Shown: piece after piece, positions 9,577 to 17,834 of the stretch
Layout of the letters: each line of letters starts with the position of its first letter
How positions within the stretch are numbered: the first letter of the stretch is position 1
NCBI GenBank assembly: GCA_039029735.1
Contig: JBCCFL010000003.1
Location: 12,257 to 76,256 of the forward strand
Direction of reading: 5' to 3'
Length of the DNA stretch: 64,000 nucleotides
From: Actinomycetota bacterium
Lineage (GTDB): Bacteria; Actinomycetota; Acidimicrobiia; Acidimicrobiales; SZUA-35
The notes under the pieces: generated by a model
The model's database searches: none
What the model was told of the DNA's origin: nothing
The model's input: only the letters and a program-made list of their open reading frames with translations
Translations under genes and position numbers: made by a program

Positions 9577-10389
9577 TCAGGCCCGCCGGAAGGCGGGACG
9601 GGCGACGGTGAACACGGCGAAGCCGGCAGCCAGCAGGGCGGCCACAGCGGCGACGAGGGTCGTGGTCGAGGTGCCGTCGTTGATGGGTCCCGTGCCGGTG
9701 TTGACGGCGTTCGGGTTGCTGTGCAGGCCGCTGATGGTCTCGGTGAGAACGGTCAGGGTCTCGTCCTCGAGCGAGCCGACGGCGTACACGATGAGTGCCT
9801 CGCCGTCTGCGATGGCGAGATCAGCCGGGCCGATCACGACGGGCTCGTCGGCGCCAGCGGGCACGACCTCAGCGGTCACGGTGCCCACGGGAAGGTCGGC
9901 GCCGCCGCCCTCACCGTTGGCAACACCAGCGAACGCAACGGCGCCATTGGCCTTGATGTCCACCTCGGGGGCGGCAGCGGTGTGGCGGACGATGAGTCGG
10001 CCTTCACCAGCGCCGAGCTGGGAGGTGTCGTTGCTGAAGATGGACAGCGTCGGCGCGCCATCGGCATCGAGGTGGGCGATGATCGTGGTATTGCCGCTGT
10101 CGGGCAGGGTCACGTCACCGGCGTCGATGGCCACCGTGTCGGTGCCGGCCACCTTGACCTTCAGGCCCTCGAGGGTGGCGCCAGCGAGTGCGCCGAGATC
10201 CTGGGTGTCACCGAAGCTGAAGCCCTCGAACACGTTGTCGCCGCCGGCCTCGACGTCGACGTCGGTGTCCGGAATGCCGTGAATGAGGTGGATACGGGCG
10301 CTGTCCTGGGCCGAAGCCGGCGCCACGAAGGCGACGGCCGAGAGGGCCAGGGCCGCCAACACGGCGAGAATGGTACGGAAGCGGATCAT
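9577..10389 (-). CDS. secreted DUF4397-like protein with a C-terminal sorting-signal-like tail
   Basis: Signal peptide ...FVAPASA-QD. The C-terminus reads AVNTGTGP...LVAAVAALLAAGFAVFTV-ARPAFRRA (motif, hydrophobic helix, basic tail). AAGGAG precedes the ATG at 10389. Confidence 0.65.
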   Translation of the reverse strand: MIRFRTILAVLAALALSAVAFVAPASAQDSARIHLIHGIPDTDVDVEAGGDNVFEGFSFGDTQDLGALAGATLEGLKVKVAGTDTVAIDAGDVTLPDSGNTTIIAHLDADGAPTLSIFSNDTSQLGAGEGRLIVRHTAAAPEVDIKANGAVAFAGVANGEGGGADLPVGTVTAEVVPAGADEPVVIGPADLAIADGEALIVYAVGSLEDETLTVLTETISGLHSNPNAVNTGTGPINDGTSTTTLVAAVAALLAAGFAVFTVARPAFRRA

Positions 10390-10518
10390 TGCATCTCCTT
10401 GCATAGGGTTCAGCCGTCCCTACGCCCGGAGTCATCCGCATGGATGCACCTGGTTGAAGATTTTCTTCGCCGAGTGCGCTGACCAGGCCATTCGTGAGGC
10501 CCTGGTGGTTCGGGCTGG

Positions 10519-11958
10519 TCAGCTCTCGAGGCCCACCGCGGTGGCGAGTTCCTGCGTCGCGGCGTCGAGGAGGTCGGCCATCTCCCACAGGTTCGGCAGG
10601 AGATCCCGGTCGGCAACGAAGCCGAAGTGCAGGCCGCCGTCGATCGAGACCACGGTGACGTTCAGGCCGACGCCGTCGACGATGGCCGAGACCGGGAAGT
10701 GGCCCGTGATCAACGCCCCGGCGAGATAGAGGGGTATGGGCGGGCCGGGCACGTTCGAGATCACGACGTTGAACGGCAGCGTCACCCGGTCGGCCAGTTT
10801 CGTCGAGGCCACGAGCCTGGCGGCGAGGGCGGCCACCGCAGGTGGGGCCACCTGGGTGAGATCGGTCAGGATGTCGGCCGGCAAGGTGTCGTGATCCGCC
10901 TTGGCGGTGTCCATTCCTGCCTTCACCGCCGTGAGCCGCTCGGCTGGATCGTCGATGTGGGTGGCCAAGGTGGTGATCGTCGACGAGATGTAGTTGCCGA
11001 TCGCATGCTCGGACTCGGCGCCGCGAACCGACAGCGGGATCATGGCGGCGAGCGGCCGATCGGGGAGGGCGTCGTTGTCGACGAGCCACTGGCGCAGCAC
11101 GCCAGCGACAATCGCCAGGATCACATCGTTCACCGTCGTTCCGGCCTCGTTCTTGATCGCCTTGATCAGATCGAGGTCGAGGGTGGTGTAGGCCCAGCTC
11201 CGACGGGGCCCGATGGAGGCATTGAACGGGGTGCGTGGTGCGGCGCCGAAGCGACGTACGAGCTCCATCATCGACTCGTCGCCCCGGGCCACCGGGCTTC
11301 GCCGGCTGAAGCCGATGCCGATCACCGGCGCGGCCTGCGCGAGCGTGCGGCCCGCTTTGAACATCCGGGAGGGGGAGCCGACGAGTGAGCGTGCGGCCCG
11401 GCTCAGCATCTCCTCCTGGGACAGCGTTGGCTCGGGTTCGTGCTCTGGTTCGGGCTCGGGCTCCGGGATGTCGACCGGGCCAGGATCAAGGTCGACGAGG
11501 GCCGCAAGCAGCTCTTGGCCCGACAACCCGTCGATGGCGGCGTGATGGATCTTGGTGATCACGGCCATACGGCCGTCGGCGAGGCCCTCGACGAGCGAGC
11601 ATTCCCACAGCGGGCGGCGCCGATCGAGGGGGCGTTCGTGGGTGCGGGCGACGAGGTCGGCGAATGCCTCGCGCGAGCCGTCGCCGGGCACGGCGAGATG
11701 GTGCAGATGCGCGTCGATGTCGAAGTCGGGGTCGCGGGTCCAGTACGGGCGATCGAGGCCGAGGGGGACCTCGACGAGCTTCTGGCGGAATGGCTCCAGG
11801 CGGTCGATGCGAGACAGGAGATGGGCCCGGAGTCGTTCGAAGGTCCACGGTGCCGGCGACGACGACGGATCGACCACGATCACACCGGTGACGTGGCCGA
11901 CGGCGGTGCGGGTCTCGAACGAGAGGAAGCTGGCGTCGACTCCGGTCAGCTGGCGCAT
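10519..11958 (-). CDS. wax ester synthase/diacylglycerol acyltransferase (WS/DGAT)
   Basis: Starts MRQLTGVDASFLSFE. Active site HHAAIDG (HHxxxDG). The start is taken at the ATG at 11958, not the longer ORF. Confidence 0.85.
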   Translation of the reverse strand: MRQLTGVDASFLSFETRTAVGHVTGVIVVDPSSSPAPWTFERLRAHLLSRIDRLEPFRQKLVEVPLGLDRPYWTRDPDFDIDAHLHHLAVPGDGSREAFADLVARTHERPLDRRRPLWECSLVEGLADGRMAVITKIHHAAIDGLSGQELLAALVDLDPGPVDIPEPEPEPEHEPEPTLSQEEMLSRAARSLVGSPSRMFKAGRTLAQAAPVIGIGFSRRSPVARGDESMMELVRRFGAAPRTPFNASIGPRRSWAYTTLDLDLIKAIKNEAGTTVNDVILAIVAGVLRQWLVDNDALPDRPLAAMIPLSVRGAESEHAIGNYISSTITTLATHIDDPAERLTAVKAGMDTAKADHDTLPADILTDLTQVAPPAVAALAARLVASTKLADRVTLPFNVVISNVPGPPIPLYLAGALITGHFPVSAIVDGVGLNVTVVSIDGGLHFGFVADRDLLPNLWEMADLLDAATQELATAVGLES

Positions 11959-12002
11959 TGGTGTCTCCGTGGCGGCGGGGTCATGGCGGGCGGTGGCTCT
12001 GA

Positions 12003-12776
12003 TCAGTTGATCGACGGTTCGGCCAGGCGCTGTGGGAACAGCGTACGCAGGCTGCACGGCGCCTCGAACGGCATCCAGGTGTCGGCCTGGTGGCGGAGCC
12101 GGTTCAGGATCACGTAGGCGACTGCGACGTTCACACCGAGGCCGCTGTGGCTCCCGCGAACCTCGATGTTCTCTGCCATCGGTCCTGGCGTCTGGAGGCA
12201 GGTGGCCCACGACACCACACCGTCAGAACGGCTGTAGATCGAGGTTGAGGGGCACTCGAGCGAGTCGAGGCTTATCTCGCCCGCTCGTTTGATGAACCCG
12301 TTGCGGCGCTCCAGGAGGTCGTAGAGCGGGCTCACCGTCGTGCGCTCGCCCTGTTCGATGTTGAACGGGCTGCCGAGGGTGATCACCTGGTCCACGTACT
12401 CGCGCTCCCACAGGCCGAGAACCCGCGCGTAGATACCGCCCAGCGACCACCCGACCACCGTGACTGGCTCGCCCGCTTCTTCGCTGAGCGTTCGCAGTCG
12501 GCTCTGCAGCAGTTCGATACGCTCCGCGGTCGGCCCGAAGTTGCGGCCCAGGTTCCAACCGTGGGCCTGGTGGCCAACTCGGTTCAGCAGCCGCCGCAAA
12601 TGGCGGGTTGATGAGTCGTCAGCACAGAACCCCGGGATCACCAGCACGTGGCGCGACGGGCCCGTCGCCAGCGAATCGAAGAGTGGTTCGGCCACCCGAA
12701 ACACGCCGAGCTCGGCCGGTACCCGAAGTTCGCCCAGCACGAAGGCCGGACGCCGTCGCATCGCCATGGTCCCCAT
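12003..12776 (-). CDS. alpha/beta hydrolase (esterase/lipase-like)
   Basis: Nucleophile elbow GWSLGG and an overall alpha/beta-fold pattern. Lies adjacent to WS/DGAT. Confidence 0.7.
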   Translation of the reverse strand: MGTMAMRRRPAFVLGELRVPAELGVFRVAEPLFDSLATGPSRHVLVIPGFCADDSSTRHLRRLLNRVGHQAHGWNLGRNFGPTAERIELLQSRLRTLSEEAGEPVTVVGWSLGGIYARVLGLWEREYVDQVITLGSPFNIEQGERTTVSPLYDLLERRNGFIKRAGEISLDSLECPSTSIYSRSDGVVSWATCLQTPGPMAENIEVRGSHSGLGVNVAVAYVILNRLRHQADTWMPFEAPCSLRTLFPQRLAEPSIN

Positions 12777-13147
12777 CGTTCCGTTGTACTACAGCCCGCT
12801 GACCAGGTCCGTTTCCTGATCGGGCCGGCCGGCTGCGTAGACATCGAACGGTTACATGGTGACACCACTCGGCGCCCTGGATGCGCTATACCGACCGGAT
12901 TGCCAAGGCGACACGATCCGGAGACGGGTCTGGTATCGACGCTTACGCGCGTTCCTTCGCGTTTGTTGGCGGATCAACCGATGTGATGCTCCATCGCCTA
13001 GCAGGTGACCTGTGTCACCGCACGTTGTGTAATCGTTCCGTAACGCTTGTATCGTTCCGGGTCGGTCCAGACGACCGCATGCACAACCAACCATCAATCC
13101 GTTCCGACCGGCGGCGGAGCCGCGACGGAACCAGGGAGTGATTCCAC

Positions 13148-14026
13148 GTGCAACTCAACCCACGAATTCCCCTCAGTTCAGCGCGGCCCGGACGCGGCAT
13201 TGCCCTTGCAGCCGCATTCGGCGCAATCGTGCTGCTCCTGGCCGCGGGCTATGCCCGCGTCGGCGGTGAGGGCGCAACGATCGAAGCCGGTTCCCCTGAG
13301 GTGGTGCTGTCCGCATCACAGCTGGAGTCCACCACTCTGGGTGGCGGGTCTGACCCCGCCGACCTCGTCTCCAACTCTGCTGCCGCCCCCTCGGCGGTCG
13401 CAGAGAGCGTCGAGGAATCTCAGCTGACGGCGAATGCTCCGGCCGGTGTCGTCGAACCCGTGCTCGAACCGAGCGAACGTGTGCTCTCGGCAACGCCAGG
13501 CGAAGCGGATGCGTCCGACGCGCCAGGCGACACCACCACGACAGAGGCGCCGGCCGAAACCACGACCACCACCGAGGCCCCGGCCGAGGAGACCACCACC
13601 ACCGAGACCGCGGCGGAGGCCACCACGACGGAGGCTCCCGCTGAGGAGTCGTCGACCACCGAGGCTCCGGCCGAGGAAACGACCACGACAGAGGCGCCAG
13701 CTGAGACCACCACCACAGCGGCTCCGGCGAGCGACACGCCCGACGGTTGGGTCGACGCCGGGCATGGCGTGTTCGTCCCACCGGTGCTCCTGAAGATCCG
13801 GTTCTGTGAGTCGACCGACAACTACACGGCGGCCAACACCAGTTCCTCGGCCCGTGGCGCCTACCAGTTCCTGACCGGGAGCTGGGACTGGTACGGCCAC
13901 GCCGAACGCACCGGTGTGAGTCAGGCCCACCTCGCCACCCCGGCCCAGCAGGATCAGGCGGCGCTGCTCACGTGGCAGCAGGACGGCACCACGCCGTGGA
14001 ACGCCAGCCGGCACTGCTGGGGCTGA
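13148..14026 (+). CDS. secreted Rpf-like (transglycosylase-like domain) protein with a Thr/Glu/Ala/Pro-rich repeat linker
   Basis: C-terminal FCESTDNYTAANTSSSARGAYQFLTGSWDWYG...PWNASRHCW (the CES...GxYQF...W...C pattern). Linker repeats TTTEAPAE(E/T). GTG start preceded by AGGGAG. Confidence 0.7.
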   Translation: MQLNPRIPLSSARPGRGIALAAAFGAIVLLLAAGYARVGGEGATIEAGSPEVVLSASQLESTTLGGGSDPADLVSNSAAAPSAVAESVEESQLTANAPAGVVEPVLEPSERVLSATPGEADASDAPGDTTTTEAPAETTTTTEAPAEETTTTETAAEATTTEAPAEESSTTEAPAEETTTTEAPAETTTTAAPASDTPDGWVDAGHGVFVPPVLLKIRFCESTDNYTAANTSSSARGAYQFLTGSWDWYGHAERTGVSQAHLATPAQQDQAALLTWQQDGTTPWNASRHCWG

Positions 14027-14068
14027 TACGGCGCTGAGCTTGCCTCACATCTGGCGGCCGGGTCCGTG

Positions 14069-14180
14069 CAGATGCTGAACACCAGATAGTGAGTATCAGT
14101 TACTGGGTACCAGATACTGAGTGCCAGATACTGGGTGCCAGATACTGAATACAAGATGCTGAATACAACGTGATACTGCG
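14069..14180. repeat. tandem array of eight 14-bp units (consensus CAGATACTGRGTRC), low GC, intergenic
   Basis: Units read in register: CAGATGCTGAACAC, CAGATAGTGAGTAT, CAGTTACTGGGTAC, CAGATACTGAGTGC, CAGATACTGGGTGC, CAGATACTGAATAC, AAGATGCTGAATAC, AACGTGATACTGCG. Confidence 0.9.
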
Positions 14181-14302
14181 GCTGGGTCGTGGTGGGCGGA
14201 GCGGCTCGATCGCTCCGTGTGCTGCGGCCCAGCCGTTTCGCGTCCTGGCCTTGGTGATGGTTCGTCACTGGCATTCACGGCGACGAAACAGATCAGAAAC
14301 CT

Positions 14303-14794
14303 TTGCTTCCTACGGTTTCGCCCATGGAGGTCGAACTGCTCAACTGGCCAGCCGACACCGATCGGCGAGCCAGGCTGCAGGAACTGGCCCATCCGAGGAT
14401 CCTGCTCGTTGAGCCGGACGAGCCGGCACCGATAACGGCCGACCCCCTCGAGGACTGGATTCGCCTGCCCGTCGACCAGCACGATTTGCAGACCAGAGTT
14501 GAGACGCTGCGTCGTCGCACCAAGGTGGAGCCGACCCTCGACGGGGATGGTGTGCTGCGTTACGGCGCGAACTGGACGGCGCTCCCGCCCATCGAAGCAG
14601 CGCTCACCGAACTGCTGCTGGCCCGGTTCGGGCGGGTCGTGAGCCGTGAGGCGCTCCTCCGGCAGGGCTGGCCCGACGACGAGCCGACCAGGAACGTGCT
14701 CGACGTGCACGTGCTTCGGCTCCGGCGTCGGCTCGAACCGCTCGGGCTGTCCATTCGTACCGTTCGCAAACGGGGGTACGTGCTGAGCGTTTGA
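14303..14794 (+). CDS. OmpR/PhoB-type winged-helix DNA-binding protein with a vestigial receiver remnant
   Basis: C-terminal Trans_reg_C pattern (LTELLLARFGRVVSREALLRQGW...VLDVHVLRLRRRLEPLGLSIRTVRKRGYVL). The N-terminus keeps only RILLVEPD and DWIRLPVDQHDLQTRVETLRRR. The start could instead be 14324. Confidence 0.7.
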   Translation: MLPTVSPMEVELLNWPADTDRRARLQELAHPRILLVEPDEPAPITADPLEDWIRLPVDQHDLQTRVETLRRRTKVEPTLDGDGVLRYGANWTALPPIEAALTELLLARFGRVVSREALLRQGWPDDEPTRNVLDVHVLRLRRRLEPLGLSIRTVRKRGYVLSV

Positions 14795-14824
14795 GCTCGC
14801 TGCCTGCCCCTGGCCCAGATGTCT

Positions 14825-14859
14825 GATGCCCCGTTCGTTGGTTGGTCGAGCGGGGCATC
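14825..14859 (+). terminator. hairpin downstream of the OmpR-like gene
   Basis: 9-bp stem GATGCCCCG / CGGGGCATC with a 17-nt loop. There is no clear U-tract. Confidence 0.3.
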
Positions 14860-14927
14860 GGTCGCGTCCGCAGGGATGGCGACATCGGCCCGAATTCAGA
14901 TTTCTGTCAGAAGTGCGTCGAGATCGT

Positions 14928-14954
14928 GTAACGAGCAGCGAACAGCGTGGAAAC
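14928..14954 (+). promoter_or_regulatory. three direct pentamers at 11-bp phasing (GTAAC, CGAAC, GAAAC), GlnR-box-like, 50 bp upstream of amt
   Basis: The sequence is GTAAC-gagcag-CGAAC-agcgtg-GAAAC. It resembles the actinobacterial GlnR a-site/b-site architecture (gTnAc-n6-GaAAc); the middle site matches poorly. Confidence 0.3.
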
Positions 14955-15003
14955 CAGGCGTACCTAGCGTCGGGGCCGAAGAAGCGACAAGGAGCGTGTA
15001 CCC

Positions 15004-16419
15004 ATGAAGCGTAAACTCCTGTTGGCCGGCCTTGCGGGCGGGGCAACACTTTTGGCGCTGGCTGGTCCAGCCGCCGCCCAATCCGAGTTCGACCGCGATG
15101 CGGCGACCGGGGCAGAGCTGATGAACATGGTTGTCCTCGACAACATCTTCATCTTCTTCGCTGCCGTTCTCGTGTTCCTCATGCAGCCGGGATTCGCGCT
15201 GCTTGAGGCCGGCCTCACGCGGGCCAAGAACGCGGGCAACATCATGATGAAGAACCTGATGGACCTGGTCATCGGCGTACTCGCCTTTGCCCTCGTCGGT
15301 TGGGGCATCGCCTACCCAGGGGAGTTCATCGAGGTCCTCAACGGCGGGTTCATCGGCTTCGCCAGCTTCGGCGTCGACGGCTTCTTCGGCAGCTACCTGC
15401 CGGACACCTCTGAGCCGGGCTTCTACCCGCTGGCCGTCCCGGTCGACTTCTTCTTCCAGGCGGCCTTCGCTGCTGCGGCCGCCACCATCGTGTCGGGCGC
15501 CGTCGCCGGTCGTACGAAGTTCGTTGGATACCTCGCCTACTCGGCGATCATCACCGGCATCATCTATCCGATCGTGGTCGGCTGGAAGTGGGGCGGTGGC
15601 TGGCTCGACGAGATCGGCTTCGTCGACTTCGCCGGCTCTGGCCTCGTGCACATGACCGGCGGCTTCGCCGCTCTGGCCGGCGCCATCGTGATCGGCCCCC
15701 GTATCGGCAAGTTCGACGACAACGGCAAGCCCCGGGCCATGCCCGGTCACAGCATCCCGCTGGCCATGGCCGGTGTGTTCCTGCTGTTCATCGGCTGGTT
15801 CGGCTTCAACCCCGGTTCGCAGCTGCAGGCCGACATGGCCGTTCCTCTCATCGCCGTGCTCACCGCCTTCGCTGCGGCCTCCGGTGGCCTTGCCGCCATG
15901 ATCACCTCGTGGATCACCATGAAGAAGCCCGACGTCTCGATGGTGGGTAACGGCATCCTCGCCGGCCTCGTCGCCATCTGCTCGGGTATCGGCGAGCTGA
16001 GCGCCATCGGCACTCTGATCACCGGCTTCATCGCTGGCATCATCGTGGTGCTCTCGGTGCTCACCGTCGAGCGCATGGGCGTCGACGATCCGGTCGGTGC
16101 GTTCTCGGTGCACGGCGTTGCCGGCGTCTGGGGCCTCATCGCCACTGGCCTGCTCGCCACCACCAGCCCGATCAACGGTGCTGAGGAGAGCGCTGGCCTG
16201 TTCTACGGCGGTGGCGCTGGCCTCCTGATCGATCAGCTCGCTGGTGCGCTGGCCATTGGCATCTTCGTGCTGGCGGCTGCCGGTCTGCTGTTCTTCGTGC
16301 TCAAGTCGGCGGGTGTCCTGCGGGCCAGCCCCGAAGAGGAAGAGGCTGGCCTCGACCTCAGCGAGCACGGCAGCCCCGGCTACGGCCCGGACCTCATGCC
16401 GGTCAAGGTGCTCGGCTGA
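15004..16419 (+). CDS. amt: ammonium transporter (Amt family)
   Basis: Signal peptide followed by about 11 TM helices, with the Amt signature DFAGSGLVHMTGG and conserved His-containing helices. Confidence 0.95.
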   Translation: MKRKLLLAGLAGGATLLALAGPAAAQSEFDRDAATGAELMNMVVLDNIFIFFAAVLVFLMQPGFALLEAGLTRAKNAGNIMMKNLMDLVIGVLAFALVGWGIAYPGEFIEVLNGGFIGFASFGVDGFFGSYLPDTSEPGFYPLAVPVDFFFQAAFAAAAATIVSGAVAGRTKFVGYLAYSAIITGIIYPIVVGWKWGGGWLDEIGFVDFAGSGLVHMTGGFAALAGAIVIGPRIGKFDDNGKPRAMPGHSIPLAMAGVFLLFIGWFGFNPGSQLQADMAVPLIAVLTAFAAASGGLAAMITSWITMKKPDVSMVGNGILAGLVAICSGIGELSAIGTLITGFIAGIIVVLSVLTVERMGVDDPVGAFSVHGVAGVWGLIATGLLATTSPINGAEESAGLFYGGGAGLLIDQLAGALAIGIFVLAAAGLLFFVLKSAGVLRASPEEEEAGLDLSEHGSPGYGPDLMPVKVLG

Positions 16420-16469
16420 TCCACCCCTGGCTGGTCTGACCAGTCATCACACGAATACTTCCCCACACA

Positions 16470-16518
16470 CGCTTCGGGGCGGGAGACCGGCAGTGCCGCC
16501 GGCTTCCGCCCCGAAGCG
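16470..16518 (+). terminator. long GC-rich hairpin downstream of amt
   Basis: 13-bp stem CGCTTCGGGGCGG / CCGCCCCGAAGCG with an inner CCGGC/GCCGG helix. Confidence 0.5.
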
Positions 16519-16546
16519 CGTCCGGGGCCGGCTAGGTTCGGGCCTC

Positions 16547-17251
16547 ATGGACGCACTCGATCGTGCTGCCGGCAGAGTCCTGGAGCTGGCGCCCGAGGCC
16601 GATCTCAGCACTCCGGTGCCTCACCTCGGTCGCTGGAAGGTCCGTGACCTGATCGCCCATCTCGGCGGGGTCCACGAATGGGCCGCCCGCATCGTGACCA
16701 CCCGGTCGATGGAAGGGCCGGGAGCGACGAAGTCCGCGCTCGACGGTCCGGAGCTGTGCGAGTGGTGCGCAGCTGCCTATCACGGGCTTCGGGAGGCGCT
16801 CAGCACCAACCCGGTGGATGATCCCTGCCCCAACTTCAACCCCGGCTCCGAGCGCACGGTCGGTTGGTGGCTGCGGCGCCAGACGCATGAGACCACGGTG
16901 CACGCATGGGACCTCGAACGGGCGCTCGGCGGCGCCACCACCGAGATCGAGCCCGACGTTGCCGCCGACGGGGTGGACGAGTTCCTCGACGTCTTCGTGC
17001 GCACCAGAGGCAAGCGGACTCTCGTGGCGCCGCTCACCCTGGCAGTGACCGATCCCGCCCGCACCTGGACGCTCACGCTCGCCGATCGTCCCGGCCGTCT
17101 CGAGGTGGCCCCGGACGGCCCCGAGGCAGGCACCGCGCTCATCGGACCGGCCCACGCCATGGTGCTCGTGCTCTGGGGCCGGCTGACCGTGGCCGAGGCC
17201 GGGCTGGCGGTGCAAGGCGATCCCGAGGTCGTTCGCAGCTTCCGACCCTGA
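16547..17251 (+). CDS. maleylpyruvate isomerase family mycothiol-dependent enzyme (DinB-like)
   Basis: N-terminal WKVRDLIAHLGGVHEWAARIV plus WWLRRQTHETTVHAWDL, the His-containing DinB-like fold pattern. The start is taken at the ATG at 16547. Confidence 0.7.
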   Translation: MDALDRAAGRVLELAPEADLSTPVPHLGRWKVRDLIAHLGGVHEWAARIVTTRSMEGPGATKSALDGPELCEWCAAAYHGLREALSTNPVDDPCPNFNPGSERTVGWWLRRQTHETTVHAWDLERALGGATTEIEPDVAADGVDEFLDVFVRTRGKRTLVAPLTLAVTDPARTWTLTLADRPGRLEVAPDGPEAGTALIGPAHAMVLVLWGRLTVAEAGLAVQGDPEVVRSFRP

Positions 17252-17290
17252 CCGGCTGGGCCTCGAAGGGCGCAGCGCAGCGCCAGTTGC

Positions 17291-17809
17291 CTAGTCGGCG
17301 GCCTCGACCACGAGGCGTTCCAGCGCCCGCAGCGAGGAGCGGGTGTCACTGGTGACCGTGGCCAGGGACTGACCAACCGTGTAGGCCCCGAGGAGCCAGA
17401 ACAGCCACGTGCCGCTGAAGGCCACCTGGGCCCGGACCACGCACGAATCCGGATCACCCGCCACCGGCTCGACCACGAGTTCGCTGTAGTAGCGGCTGAG
17501 CAACCAGGCGAGCGACCCCGCCTCGACGATCGTCCACCCCAAGGCAACGGGTGGCTCCCACCGGACGATCTCGGACCGGTGGTGGAATACCCACTCGACC
17601 GTCCTGAACCGGGCCCCGATTCCTGAGCTGTCAGGCGTCTCGGCTTCGTGGGTGCGGTAGTCGGCCTGCCACGTGGTCCAGGTGGTGTGGTCGCTGATCA
17701 CTGCCCACGCCACCGCCGGTGCCACCGGCATCTCGCGGTGCGCCCGCGCCCGCAACAGGCGCCAGCGGCCATGGGTGAGCTCGGGCCCTGCAGGGTCGAG
17801 CGGCCTCAT
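17291..17809 (-). CDS. SRPBCC-fold (polyketide cyclase/START-like) protein
   Basis: 172 aa from the ATG at 17809. Composition and length fit SRPBCC. The upstream Pro/Arg-rich extension in the ORF track was rejected. Confidence 0.55.
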   Translation of the reverse strand: MRPLDPAGPELTHGRWRLLRARAHREMPVAPAVAWAVISDHTTWTTWQADYRTHEAETPDSSGIGARFRTVEWVFHHRSEIVRWEPPVALGWTIVEAGSLAWLLSRYYSELVVEPVAGDPDSCVVRAQVAFSGTWLFWLLGAYTVGQSLATVTSDTRSSLRALERLVVEAAD

Positions 17810-17834
17810 CAGACGGCCGGTCCTGCCGCCCCGC

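Noticed and set aside
12777-13147. ydaO-type cyclic-di-AMP riboswitch upstream of the Rpf-like gene
   Set aside because: This association is known in other actinobacteria, so I looked for the conserved ydaO segments as I remember them (GGGGA.CC, GGGGUGAAUC, AGCUAACC.CGUAAGC). I could not find them on the plus strand. This needs a covariance-model scan before anything can be claimed.
14069-14180. Possible CRISPR array
   Set aside because: The 14-bp units are directly abutting with no spacers, are far shorter than CRISPR repeats, and there are no cas genes nearby. I kept it as a tandem repeat finding instead.
14896-16368. 490-aa minus-strand ORF
   Set aside because: It is antisense to the unambiguous ammonium transporter gene, with low-complexity Asp/Gly/Glu/His-rich content.
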